64,000 nucleotides of DNA, from the NCBI GenBank assembly GCA_045586685.1, contig JAZNAU010000038.1:1-64000 (forward strand). The letters run 5' to 3'. The position numbers were made by a program, and so were the translations under genes. Origin of the DNA: Clostridia bacterium. Its GTDB lineage: Bacteria > Bacillota > Clostridia > HGM11514. This document shows, in pieces, positions 8,261-17,379 of this stretch; the first letter of the stretch is position 1, and each line of letters begins with the position of its first letter. The notes beneath the pieces are model-generated. The model ran no database searches. It was not told the DNA's origin and was given only the letters and a program-made list of their open reading frames with translations.

Positions 8261-10531
8261 CTATTTATTCTGTTCTCTCAATTCTACTCTTCTTATTTTA
8301 CCGCTGATGGTTTTGGGTAGCTCTTCGGTAAACTCCACAATTCTTGGGTATTTGTAGGGAGCAGTGTGAGTTTTTACATAGGTCTGGATTTCCTTCTTCA
8401 GTTCATCCGTCCCCTCTGTTCCCTTTGTCAGCACGATAGTCGCCTTCACCACCTGACCGCGGATTTCATCGGGCGCAGCGGTTACAGCACATTCCAGAAC
8501 ATAGGGAAGCTCCATAATCACACTTTCAATTTCAAAGGGTCCGATACGATAACCGGAAGACTTAATGACATCATCCACACGGCCTACATACCAGAAATAT
8601 CCGTTTTCATCCCGCCAAGCAGTATCTCCTGTGTGATACAATCCGTCATGCCAGATTTCCTCTGTCTTTTCAGGTTGGCGGTAATAACCCTTAAACAAAC
8701 CGCAGGGATTTCCCTGTTCAGTATGAACAACAATTTCCCCCGTTACACCATCTTTAACAGATTTTCCATTCTCATCCACAATATCCACCTGATACAAGGG
8801 GCTTGGACGACCCATAGAACCGGGAATGGGTGTCGTACCATAAAAGTTCCCGATGGTAAGAGTGGTTTCTGTCTGACCAAAACCTTCCATAGGGCTAAGA
8901 CCCGTTGCTTTTTTCCACTGTGCAAACACTTCAGGGTTTAACGCTTCTCCTGCAACCGTACAGTATTCCATAGAGCTTAAATCATATTTACTCAAATCTT
9001 CTTTAATAAAGAAACGATACATAGTAGGCGGTGCACAGAAGGTTGTAATCTGATATTTAGCAAACATAGGAAGAATATCATCTGCATTAAAACGATCAAA
9101 GTCATAAGTAAATATTGCCGCTTCGCTAAGCCACTGACCGTACAGTTTTCCCCACAACGCCTTTCCCCATCCAGTATCGGAAATGGTGAAATGCAAACCG
9201 TCTGGATTTACATGATGCCAATATTTTGCGGTAATATAATGACCCAAAGGATATTGGAAACTATGAGTTGCAATTTTGGGATAACCTGTAGTTCCTGAGG
9301 TAAAGAACATCAGCATATCATCCGTACCGCAAGCAGCGTCTTTGGCTCTCGGGAAGGAATCAGAACTGACCTCCACCCCTTCATCAAAATTATGCCAGCC
9401 CTCTCTGACTCCGCATGCCATAATTTTTGTTTTAAGAGTAGGACAGTTAACTTCTGCCAAATCCACTTGCTCTGCTACATCGCCGTCTCCCGTACAAACA
9501 ATGGCACTGACCCCTGCTGCTTGAAAACGGTACTCAAAATCGTGCTGAACCAGTTGGTTGGTGGCAGGGATTACGATTGCACCGATTTTATGCAACGCCA
9601 AAATGGAGAACCAGAACTGATAATGCCGTTTTAATACCAGCATGACCCTGTCTCCCCGCTTAATTCCCAAGGACTGAAAGAAATTCGCGGTTTTGGAAGA
9701 ATATCGGCTCATATCAGAGAAGGTAAAGCGGCGTTCCTCATGATTTTTAGACAGCCAAAGCATTGCCAATTTATCCGGACATTTTTCTGCCAGACGGTCA
9801 ACCGTATCATAAGCAAAATTATATGTTTCTTCATTGGTAAAAGAAATACTGTTCAGAATACCGTTTTCGTCAACAGTAGTCTGAATAAAGTCAGAGGAAA
9901 TATCATCAGGTCTTTCCTGAACCGAAACAGATTTATGTTGAATAGGTTGGGTCACAGGGTCGCTTGCTCCCCCAACAACAATCGCATAGAATTGGCAGGG
10001 TTCTCCGCCCACTGCAATCATACCGTGAGGAGTTGCACTGTTGTAATAAACCGAATCACCCGCATTTAATATTTCTATCTTTTCCCCTATCTGAATCTTC
10101 AGTGAACCAGATACCACAATATCCATTTCCTGTCCGCCGTGGGTTGAAAGCTCAATAGCTTTATCCTGTTGTTCGGGCAGAAAGGGGGCAGTTACCATAA
10201 AAGGTTCTGCCAGCTTACTTCGAAACATGGGGGCTAAGTTATTATAGACAAAACCACGCCGTCTGTGTATTGGCAATCCTTCCCCTCCTCTTGTAACGCA
10301 GTGAGAAGAAAGGGTAGGAGATTCTCCACTAACCAAATCTGTTACTTCCACTCCAAAGGCAGAGGCACATTTGAAAATAAAGGTAAAGCTAAAATCAGAT
10401 TCTCCTAATTCCTTTTTCAGGTACTCTTCTGCAGAAGTGGCAGTAATTTCTGCCATACGTTCCACACTCAGACCCAGAATTTCACGAAGCTCCTTAATTC
10501 TTGCACCAATTTCCTTAATTTTCTGTTCCAC
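8261..10531 (-). CDS. XRE-HTH/cupin regulator fused to a medium/branched-chain acyl-CoA synthetase (AMP-forming)
   Basis: Residues ~1-186 are XRE HTH + cupin (H.GQE..., DSVYYNSATPHGM). Then FTSGTTGYPK, DTGWGKALWGKLYGQW, EGFGQTE, YHTGD, GR.DD and KTISGKI of the ANL adenylation family. Confidence 0.9.
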   Translation of the reverse strand: MEQKIKEIGARIKELREILGLSVERMAEITATSAEEYLKKELGESDFSFTFIFKCASAFGVEVTDLVSGESPTLSSHCVTRGGEGLPIHRRRGFVYNNLAPMFRSKLAEPFMVTAPFLPEQQDKAIELSTHGGQEMDIVVSGSLKIQIGEKIEILNAGDSVYYNSATPHGMIAVGGEPCQFYAIVVGGASDPVTQPIQHKSVSVQERPDDISSDFIQTTVDENGILNSISFTNEETYNFAYDTVDRLAEKCPDKLAMLWLSKNHEERRFTFSDMSRYSSKTANFFQSLGIKRGDRVMLVLKRHYQFWFSILALHKIGAIVIPATNQLVQHDFEYRFQAAGVSAIVCTGDGDVAEQVDLAEVNCPTLKTKIMACGVREGWHNFDEGVEVSSDSFPRAKDAACGTDDMLMFFTSGTTGYPKIATHSFQYPLGHYITAKYWHHVNPDGLHFTISDTGWGKALWGKLYGQWLSEAAIFTYDFDRFNADDILPMFAKYQITTFCAPPTMYRFFIKEDLSKYDLSSMEYCTVAGEALNPEVFAQWKKATGLSPMEGFGQTETTLTIGNFYGTTPIPGSMGRPSPLYQVDIVDENGKSVKDGVTGEIVVHTEQGNPCGLFKGYYRQPEKTEEIWHDGLYHTGDTAWRDENGYFWYVGRVDDVIKSSGYRIGPFEIESVIMELPYVLECAVTAAPDEIRGQVVKATIVLTKGTEGTDELKKEIQTYVKTHTAPYKYPRIVEFTEELPKTISGKIRRVELREQNK

Positions 10532-10559
10532 AAAAAACGCCTCTCTTTCTTTTTTTTAA

Positions 10560-10838
10560 AATAAAAAACCGCCCCAAAGAAAAGATTCTTTGAGACGGGA
10601 ATCAACATTTGGATTTTTTCCCGCGGTACCACTCAAATTGCGTTTATAAAAAACGCCACTCACAGGCTCAAACAAGCCCCATGCCTTAACGTAGCATACT
10701 CACGAAAGGTGCCTACTCACATCTGTTTTCTGGCCTTCAGCTCAAAAGTGATAAGTCATTGGAACGCTCTGACATTGGCTTGCAGCAACCACCAACTCTC
10801 TGTGACATTTCGTCCCGACCGTCTTCGTCATCGCTTTT
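10560..10838 (-). promoter_or_regulatory. T-box riboswitch, predicted specifier AUC (Ile)
   Basis: Minus strand shows a GA motif (GCGAUGA..UGAGC), AGAGAG and GCUGCAA distal loops, specifier AUC-A at 10750-10752, T-box AAUUUGAGUGGUACCGCG (10622-10639) and a terminator with U-tract. Confidence 0.9.
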
Positions 10839-10848
10839 ATTGAGTTTA

Positions 10849-10877
10849 ATTATACCACTGTAAAAATCATTTGTCAA
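10849..10877 (-). promoter_or_regulatory. Sigma-A promoter of the T-box leader
   Basis: TTGACA-17-TATAAT on the minus strand. Confidence 0.85.
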
Positions 10878-10898
10878 TAGTTTTTTTATATTTTTTTG

Positions 10899-12341
10899 CT
10901 ATCGTCTTCTCATAACACTCTCCAACGCGTACCGAAGAGCATCAATGGAATGATTGTCCCGGTCAGGATATCCTGAAATGACCTGTCCTTTGGTATCCTG
11001 CTCATATTCATATTCCAAAAACTCCTTTGCAGCAGCAGGACATCTCTTAGGGTCAATAATAATTTCATTTAATGACGAAAGCCACTTCATAGAAAATTCC
11101 ACACTCCCGGGGCCCTTTCTGGCTCTTCGCATCAAGAAACCCATTTCACGAAAATGGTTAATGGATTTGGGTCCTTCTCCCCCGCTGTCTGCCACAATTT
11201 TATCCCCATTTTTCACACCATGTTCCCGAAGTAATGATGCGATTGTTTCGTTTGTCAGCTTGTTTCCGCTGATTTCATCAAACACATACACCCTCCTTTC
11301 ATTTGCCTGGAAATGTACCGCTATATAACGAAAAGGATCAGGATACCAGCCCCAGTCGATTCCTCTGTAAATACGGTCAAAATTATTGATTTCATCATTG
11401 GTAATGTCTCGTAAGATGACATTGTCAAATACCGCACCCCCTGTGCCGTTTGCCTCTCCCAAATATTCATGAGCATACCGTTCCGGGCGAGAATTTTTCA
11501 AATGCTCTGCATCGTCTAAAAACTTCTGACCAAGCCAACTGGGCGGAACCGTAAGGAAACTGCTTTTATGGACCAGCATTCCTTCCTTTGGCTGTTTGAC
11601 ATACAAATTCACCCACGCCTTGGAGGATTGAGGAGGATTAAAGCTTTTAAAAACAGTAAACTCCCCTTCTCCTCGCAACACAGACTGTTCAATGTTTCGG
11701 ATTTCCTCCTCCGATTCAAATTGATCCAGTTCCTCAAACCACAGAACGCCGATAAAACCAAAGGCGGGCTTAATGGATTTCAGTTTTCCGGGGTCGTCTG
11801 CTCCGCGGAAATAAATTTTTTGCCCTGTTTTCTTGTACTCAATTTCCATAGGATTTGATTTACAGTTAAATTCCGATTCTAATCCCAATGTACCGATTGC
11901 CCATTTATATTGGGCATATACACTGTCACGTAAGGTATCCTTTACCCGTCTGCAGGCAAGAATATGAAGTTTGGGATTATTAAGCATTAACTCTAAAGTT
12001 ACAAGGCTGATAAACGTTGATTTACAACTTCCGCGTCCTCCGTGAAGAAGATATTCACTGTGCTTCTTCTCTGTAATATCACGGTATAGGTCAACAAATG
12101 AGGAGGCAAGAAGATGTGCGGGCAACCGAAAATTTTCTCTGTTCCCTTTTTGTTCAATAAAATCAGAAACCTCTTTTATAACCGCGGGATTCCCCTTTTC
12201 AACCGCCTGTTCAAACAACTTTATGGCAAGGAGCATGGTGTTGTTCCTGTCCTTTTTTGGAATTTTATATTGTGCAAATAATTCTTCCTGGTCACAGGGG
12301 CTTGTGGCCAGTTTGGATAAGTATTTTTGAAATTGATTCAT
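10899..12341 (-). CDS. PBSX-family phage terminase large subunit with a TerS-like N-terminal extension; orphan (no other phage genes nearby)
   Basis: Walker A HGGRGSCKS, IYFRGADDPGKLKS, Walker B LWFEE, motif III SFNPP, RNase H-like nuclease GIDWGWYPDP and D.DNHSIDALRYA. ATG at 12341 follows GAGGGAG. Confidence 0.92.
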   Translation of the reverse strand: MNQFQKYLSKLATSPCDQEELFAQYKIPKKDRNNTMLLAIKLFEQAVEKGNPAVIKEVSDFIEQKGNRENFRLPAHLLASSFVDLYRDITEKKHSEYLLHGGRGSCKSTFISLVTLELMLNNPKLHILACRRVKDTLRDSVYAQYKWAIGTLGLESEFNCKSNPMEIEYKKTGQKIYFRGADDPGKLKSIKPAFGFIGVLWFEELDQFESEEEIRNIEQSVLRGEGEFTVFKSFNPPQSSKAWVNLYVKQPKEGMLVHKSSFLTVPPSWLGQKFLDDAEHLKNSRPERYAHEYLGEANGTGGAVFDNVILRDITNDEINNFDRIYRGIDWGWYPDPFRYIAVHFQANERRVYVFDEISGNKLTNETIASLLREHGVKNGDKIVADSGGEGPKSINHFREMGFLMRRARKGPGSVEFSMKWLSSLNEIIIDPKRCPAAAKEFLEYEYEQDTKGQVISGYPDRDNHSIDALRYALESVMRRR

Positions 12342-12364
12342 CTGATTTTCACTCCCTCTGATTC

Positions 12365-12408
12365 TATTATAACACAAAAAAGTTGCCATGAATTGTAAAG
12401 ATGGCAAC
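12365..12408 (-). promoter_or_regulatory. Terminase promoter: extended -10 plus palindromic operator candidate
   Basis: TGTTATAAT extended -10 on the minus strand and inverted repeat GTTGCCAT-N11-ATGGCAAC (12382-12408) over the -35 region. Confidence 0.55.
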
Positions 12409-12410
12409 AT

Positions 12411-12444
12411 AAAAATCCCTCATTCTCCACGAACAAGGGATTTT
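12411..12444 (-). terminator. Terminator after typA-DUF3343, insulating the terminase gene
   Basis: AAAATCCCT..AGGGATTTT hairpin with a U-run on the minus strand. Confidence 0.65.
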
Positions 12445-12449
12445 CCTAT

Positions 12450-12695
12450 CTATATTTTTTGATATCTTCCGTCTTTGTATAAAAAGCGGTCACGAACGGG
12501 AATTTTATTTGTTTCGGAAAGGTTACAGACTCTACTGTAATCACGCTCCGACACAATCAAACTGTAACTGCACCCCTTTTGGCTCAAATCCTGCGGGGTA
12601 TGCACTACAGACAGAGAAATCCCCTGTCTTTGACACAGCTTTTGCAGACGTTGGGCAGTTGTCACCGAAGACACAACCAAATAATATTTGGGCAT
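12450..12695 (-). CDS. DUF3343-family small protein
   Basis: SVT.A....K....GI...V..TP..LS..GCSYSL pattern; RBS GGGGAG. Confidence 0.75.
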   Translation of the reverse strand: MPKYYLVVSSVTTAQRLQKLCQRQGISLSVVHTPQDLSQKGCSYSLIVSERDYSRVCNLSETNKIPVRDRFLYKDGRYQKI

Positions 12696-12755
12696 ACTTC
12701 TCTCCCCTTTTGTAATTTTGCGCAAAAATGCGTTCATTACATTATATGCAAGGGG

Positions 12756-14576
12756 TTATTTTTTGTTTCGAGCCTTTCCTCTCAAATCATTGTTCAGAAT
12801 TCGTTTTCTCATACGCAAATGTTCAGGCGTTATTTCTAACAGTTCATCATCTGCAATAAATTCCAGACATTGCTCCAATGACAAGTTTCTCGGAGGAGTC
12901 AGTTTTAATGCATCATCCGACCCTGATGCACGGGTGTTTGTCACGTGCTTTTTCTTACAAACATTGACCACCACATCATCATAACGACTGTTTTCACCGA
13001 CTACCATACCTTCGTACACTTCTACACCGGGACCAATAAACAAACTTCCTCTGTCCTGTGCATTAAACAATCCATACCCCACCGAAGTCCCTGTTTCAAA
13101 AGCGACCAAAGACCCTCTCTGTCTGCCTCCGATGTCTCCTTTATAGGGTTGATATTCTTCAAATAAACTGTTCATCACTGCTGTTCCTTTGGTTTCGGTA
13201 AGTAATTGATTTCTGAAACCAATCAGACCTCTTGATGGAATCAAAAATTCCAGACGGGTATAGCCTTGGCTGGTAGGAATCATGTTGGTCATTTCCCCTT
13301 TTCGAAGGCTGATTCCTTCCATAACCGCACCTGTAAATTCATCAGGTACGTCAATCAAAAGCCGTTCAATGGGTTCGCATAGCACTCCGTCTATTTCTCT
13401 TGTGATAACTGCGGGCTTTGATACCTGAAATTCATACCCCTGCCGACGCATATTTTCAATCAAGACAGACAAATGAAGCTCTCCTCTGCCCGACACGGTA
13501 AAGGTATCCGCAGAATCCGTCTCCTCCACTTTTAAGCTAATATTAGATTCCAATTCCTTGAACAGTCTGTCACGCAAATGACGAGAAGTCACATAAGTAC
13601 CGTCACGTCCTGCAAAGGGACTGTCGTTTACCGAAAACTGCATGGATAAAACAGGCTGGTCAATCTCCACAAAAGGCAAAGCTTCAGGCTTTGAAGGGTC
13701 GCAAAGGGTTTCCCCAATATTGATATCCGTAATACCCGAAATGGCAATCAACTCACCAACGCCCGCTTCATCAATAGCAATTCGCTTTAATCCTTCAAAA
13801 TTATATAAGGTTGAAATTTTTGCATTCTTGTTAGTACCGTCATTTCGGCAAACAGTGACCGATGCTCCTAATTTTGCAATTCCCCGTTCTACTTTTCCGA
13901 TAGCAATTCTACCTGTGTATTCATCAAAATCTATGTTTGACACCAACATCTGAAAAGGCTCGTACTTTTCTCCTTTGGGCGGTGCAATGTGATTGACAAT
14001 CAATTCAAACAAAGGCTGTAAATCCGACGCCTTTGGATTTTCGGGAGCTTCACTCGCCCAACCATCTCTAGCGGAGGTGAAAATGACAGGAGAATCAATC
14101 TGCTCATCCGTGGCATCCAAATCCAAAAATAGCTCCAGTACCTCATCCACTACCTCGTACGGGCGGGCATTGGGACGGTCTACCTTATTCACTACAATAA
14201 TAGGTTTTAAATCCAAAGCCAGCGCCTTTTTCAGCACAAATCTGGTCTGTGGCATACAGCCTTCGAAGGCATCTACCACCAGCAACACCCCATCAACCAG
14301 TTCCAGACTCCGTTCCACTTCACCACCGAAATCCGCATGACCCGGAGTGTCCACCACGTTAATTTTTATATCCTTATAAAAGAGCGAGGTATTCTTGGCA
14401 AGAATGGTAATCCCACGTTCCCGTTCCAAATCGTTTGAATCCATGACCCGTTCCGCTACCTGCTCATTGTCACGAAAGGTTCCGCTCTGCTTGAGCATAG
14501 CATCAACCAGTGTAGTTTTACCGTGGTCAACATGGGCAATAATCGCTATATTTCTAATATTATTCTGTGCTACCAT
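12756..14576 (-). CDS. typA: Translational GTPase TypA/BipA
   Basis: [45 protein letters not shown] and the BipA C-terminal domain. Confidence 0.97.
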   Translation of the reverse strand: MVAQNNIRNIAIIAHVDHGKTTLVDAMLKQSGTFRDNEQVAERVMDSNDLERERGITILAKNTSLFYKDIKINVVDTPGHADFGGEVERSLELVDGVLLVVDAFEGCMPQTRFVLKKALALDLKPIIVVNKVDRPNARPYEVVDEVLELFLDLDATDEQIDSPVIFTSARDGWASEAPENPKASDLQPLFELIVNHIAPPKGEKYEPFQMLVSNIDFDEYTGRIAIGKVERGIAKLGASVTVCRNDGTNKNAKISTLYNFEGLKRIAIDEAGVGELIAISGITDINIGETLCDPSKPEALPFVEIDQPVLSMQFSVNDSPFAGRDGTYVTSRHLRDRLFKELESNISLKVEETDSADTFTVSGRGELHLSVLIENMRRQGYEFQVSKPAVITREIDGVLCEPIERLLIDVPDEFTGAVMEGISLRKGEMTNMIPTSQGYTRLEFLIPSRGLIGFRNQLLTETKGTAVMNSLFEEYQPYKGDIGGRQRGSLVAFETGTSVGYGLFNAQDRGSLFIGPGVEVYEGMVVGENSRYDDVVVNVCKKKHVTNTRASGSDDALKLTPPRNLSLEQCLEFIADDELLEITPEHLRMRKRILNNDLRGKARNKK

Positions 14577-14777
14577 AATTTCAAAACTCCCTTCATCAAT
14601 TGATTAGTATATCATATTTTCCCTCTCATTACAATCTTTTTTTACAAAAAACAAATAAAATCATTCTGATTTGTAAAATTTTATCAATAAAGTTTTTTGT
14701 AAAACCTTGATTTTCCATGGAATTTGATGTATAATAGAACTAATTATCTAAACAACACTAGCAAAGGAATCCTTTTT

Positions 14778-15704
14778 ATGATTTATAGTAATATTCTTGA
14801 AGCAATAGGAAATACTCCCCTAATCCGTCTCCAGCACATGGTTGACGAAGACAGCGCGGAGATTTTGGTAAAGTTTGAGGGTCTGAATGTAGGCGGTTCC
14901 ATTAAAACCCGTACGGCTTTTAATATGATTTGCGATGCAGAAGAAAAAGGCTTCATTCATGCCAACACTGTTATTGTAGAGCCTACAAGCGGAAATCAAG
15001 GAATTGGTCTTGCTTTAGTAGGTGCTGTCCGTGGCTATAAAACAAAAATTATTATGCCCGATTCGGTCAGCGAAGAGCGGAGAAAACTGGTAGAACATTA
15101 CGGTGCGGAAGTAATATTGGTTCATGATAAGGGTAACATCGGAGAATGTATTGAAGAATGTTTGCGAATTGCAATGGAAATGAAAAAAAACAATACCAAC
15201 GTATTTGTTCCGCAACAGTTTGAAAACCCTGCAAATCCTGCCATTCAGCGTTCGCGTACAGCAGTGGAAATTTTGGAACAAGCAAATAAAAAGATTCACG
15301 GTTTTTGCTCCGGAATTGGCACAGGCGGTACCATTACAGGTATTGGCGAGACTTTAAAAGAAAAAAATCCCCATATCACCATTTGGGCGGTAGAACCGGA
15401 AAATGCAGCGATTTTGTCAGGCGGTTCCATCGGAACCCATATTCAAATGGGTATTGGAGACGGTCTGATTCCTCCTATCCTCAACTGTGATATTTATGAT
15501 GAACTCTGCATTATAAAAGATGAAGAAGCCATTCAATGCTCAAAAAATTTAGCATCTAAGGAAGGCATTATGTGTGGAATCAGCAGCGGAACCAATGTGG
15601 CTGCTGCTTTAAAACTGGCAAAAAAATTAGGAAAGGGAAAAACAGTGGTCACGGTACTTCCCGATACCGCAGAACGGTATTTTTCTACTCCTCTTTTTGA
15701 TTAA
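14778..15704 (+). CDS. cysK: Cysteine synthase (PLP-dependent)
   Basis: IGNTPL, GGSIKTR PLP lysine, EPTSGN.GI, GIGTGGTITG, GISSG, PDTAERY. Confidence 0.9.
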   Translation: MIYSNILEAIGNTPLIRLQHMVDEDSAEILVKFEGLNVGGSIKTRTAFNMICDAEEKGFIHANTVIVEPTSGNQGIGLALVGAVRGYKTKIIMPDSVSEERRKLVEHYGAEVILVHDKGNIGECIEECLRIAMEMKKNNTNVFVPQQFENPANPAIQRSRTAVEILEQANKKIHGFCSGIGTGGTITGIGETLKEKNPHITIWAVEPENAAILSGGSIGTHIQMGIGDGLIPPILNCDIYDELCIIKDEEAIQCSKNLASKEGIMCGISSGTNVAAALKLAKKLGKGKTVVTVLPDTAERYFSTPLFD

Positions 15705-15779
15705 GATATTCAATTCCTTATTCGCCCATAATAAGGATGTTTAACTTTATATTTGTTGGGCAGAAAGGCTATGATAACT

Positions 15780-16760
15780 ATGCAAAGTAACAAACGACCC
15801 GAAACAATGGAACGCATTAACACCAAAGCACTTGCCGATACCTTTATAGAAGAACAAGTTGCTCAAGTCCGTAATCAAGTGGGTGACAGAAAAGTTCTCC
15901 TTGCTCTTTCAGGAGGTGTAGATTCCTCTGTCGTGGCGGCACTGTTAATCAAAGCAATTGGAAAACAACTGGTATGTGTTCATGTCAACCACGGTCTGAT
16001 GCGAAAAGGAGAAAGCGAAGCAGTCATTGAAGTATTCCAAAATCAGTTGGATGCAAACCTCATTTATGTTGATGCAACCGACAGATTTCTTTCTAAACTG
16101 GAAGGAATTTCTGATCCGGAACAAAAGCGGAAAATCATTGGCGGAGAATTTATTGTAGTGTTTGATGAAGAAGCCCGCAAATGTACCGATATTGATTTTC
16201 TGGCTCAAGGTACTATTTATCCCGATATTTTGGAAAGCGACGGAGTCAAAGCTCATCACAACGTTGGCGGACTTCCGGAAGATATGAAATTCGAACTGGT
16301 AGAACCCATTAAGCTTTTGTATAAAGATGAGGTCAGAGTAGTAGGAAAAGCTCTTGGCTTGCCTGCTTCCATGGTTGACCGTCAACCCTTCCCCGGCCCC
16401 GGTCTTGGTGTTCGTTGTCTTGGTGCAATCACCCGTGATCGTCTGGAAGCTCTGAGAGAAGCTGATGCCATTTTAAGAGAGGAATTTGACAAAAGCGGTC
16501 TGGGTGCAACTGTATGGCAGTACTTTATTGCTGTGCCCGATGTGAAAAGTGTGGGTGTGAAGGACGACAAACGTTACGAAGGTTGGCCCGCCATTATCCG
16601 TGCCGTCAATACAACAGATGCCATGAGTGCCACCATTGAGGAAATCCCCTACAAACTTTTGCATCACATCACCCACCGCATTACCCACGAAGTTCCCGGA
16701 ATCAATCGTGTTCTCTACGACCTTACTCCCAAGCCTATCGGGACAATTGAGTGGGAATAA
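15780..16760 (+). CDS. guaA: GMP synthase ATP-pyrophosphatase + C-terminal domains only (no glutamine amidotransferase domain)
   Basis: LSGGVDSSV PP-loop about 45 aa from the N-terminus, QGTIYPD, HHNVGGLP, RQPFPGPGL, KP.GTIEWE. Confidence 0.88.
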   Translation: MQSNKRPETMERINTKALADTFIEEQVAQVRNQVGDRKVLLALSGGVDSSVVAALLIKAIGKQLVCVHVNHGLMRKGESEAVIEVFQNQLDANLIYVDATDRFLSKLEGISDPEQKRKIIGGEFIVVFDEEARKCTDIDFLAQGTIYPDILESDGVKAHHNVGGLPEDMKFELVEPIKLLYKDEVRVVGKALGLPASMVDRQPFPGPGLGVRCLGAITRDRLEALREADAILREEFDKSGLGATVWQYFIAVPDVKSVGVKDDKRYEGWPAIIRAVNTTDAMSATIEEIPYKLLHHITHRITHEVPGINRVLYDLTPKPIGTIEWE

Positions 16761-16842
16761 GCTTTCGTTATACCATTAAGACAAACCACATCTGAGAAAG
16801 CTTCCTTAGATGTGGTTTTTAATAAAAAACTGGAGGAAAAGT

Positions 16843-17334
16843 ATGAAAAGAGAACATTACATTTCATGGGATGAATATTTTATGGGAGTTGCGTTGCTTG
16901 CGGCAATGCGTTCAAAAGACCCTAACACACAGGTTGGGGCATGCATTGTAGACAACGAAAACCGTATTCTCTCCACCGGATACAACGGTTTCCCAAGCGG
17001 TTGCTCAGATGATGAATTTCCATGGGAACGGGACGGAGAATTTGCTGACACAAAATACCCCTTTGTGGTTCACGCAGAACTCAATGCCATTTTGAATGCA
17101 CATGGAAAAAAGCTGTCAGGAGCAAAAATCTATGTCGCTCTCTTCCCTTGTAACGAATGTGCAAAAGCCATTATTCAATGCGGTATTAAAGAAATTGTTT
17201 ATCTGTCGGATAAATATGCTACCACTCCTGGAACTCTTGCATCAAAACGAATGTTACAGGCAGCCGGAATCAAACTGACGCAACTCAAGCCTACTACCAA
17301 CACTCTTACCGTTAATTTTGAATGTGAAAAATAA
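16843..17334 (+). CDS. dCMP deaminase
   Basis: SWDEYFM, RSKDPNTQVGA, HAELNAI and PCNEC zinc motifs. Confidence 0.93.
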   Translation: MKREHYISWDEYFMGVALLAAMRSKDPNTQVGACIVDNENRILSTGYNGFPSGCSDDEFPWERDGEFADTKYPFVVHAELNAILNAHGKKLSGAKIYVALFPCNECAKAIIQCGIKEIVYLSDKYATTPGTLASKRMLQAAGIKLTQLKPTTNTLTVNFECEK

Positions 17335-17342
17335 GCTGAAAT

Positions 17343-17379
17343 AAAAAAACTCTTGAGCGAACAAGTTCAAGAGTTTTTT
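17343..17379. terminator. Bidirectional terminator
   Basis: AAAAAACTCTTGA..TCAAGAGTTTTTT between convergent genes. Confidence 0.8.

Noticed and set aside
10899-12410. Prophage call
   Set aside because: Only one phage-type gene is present; there is no integrase, structural gene or att site, and the flanks are housekeeping.
15708-15750. Purine riboswitch upstream of guaA
   Set aside because: There is only a simple hairpin (TCCTTATT/AATAAGGA), more likely the cysK terminator; no purine aptamer core.
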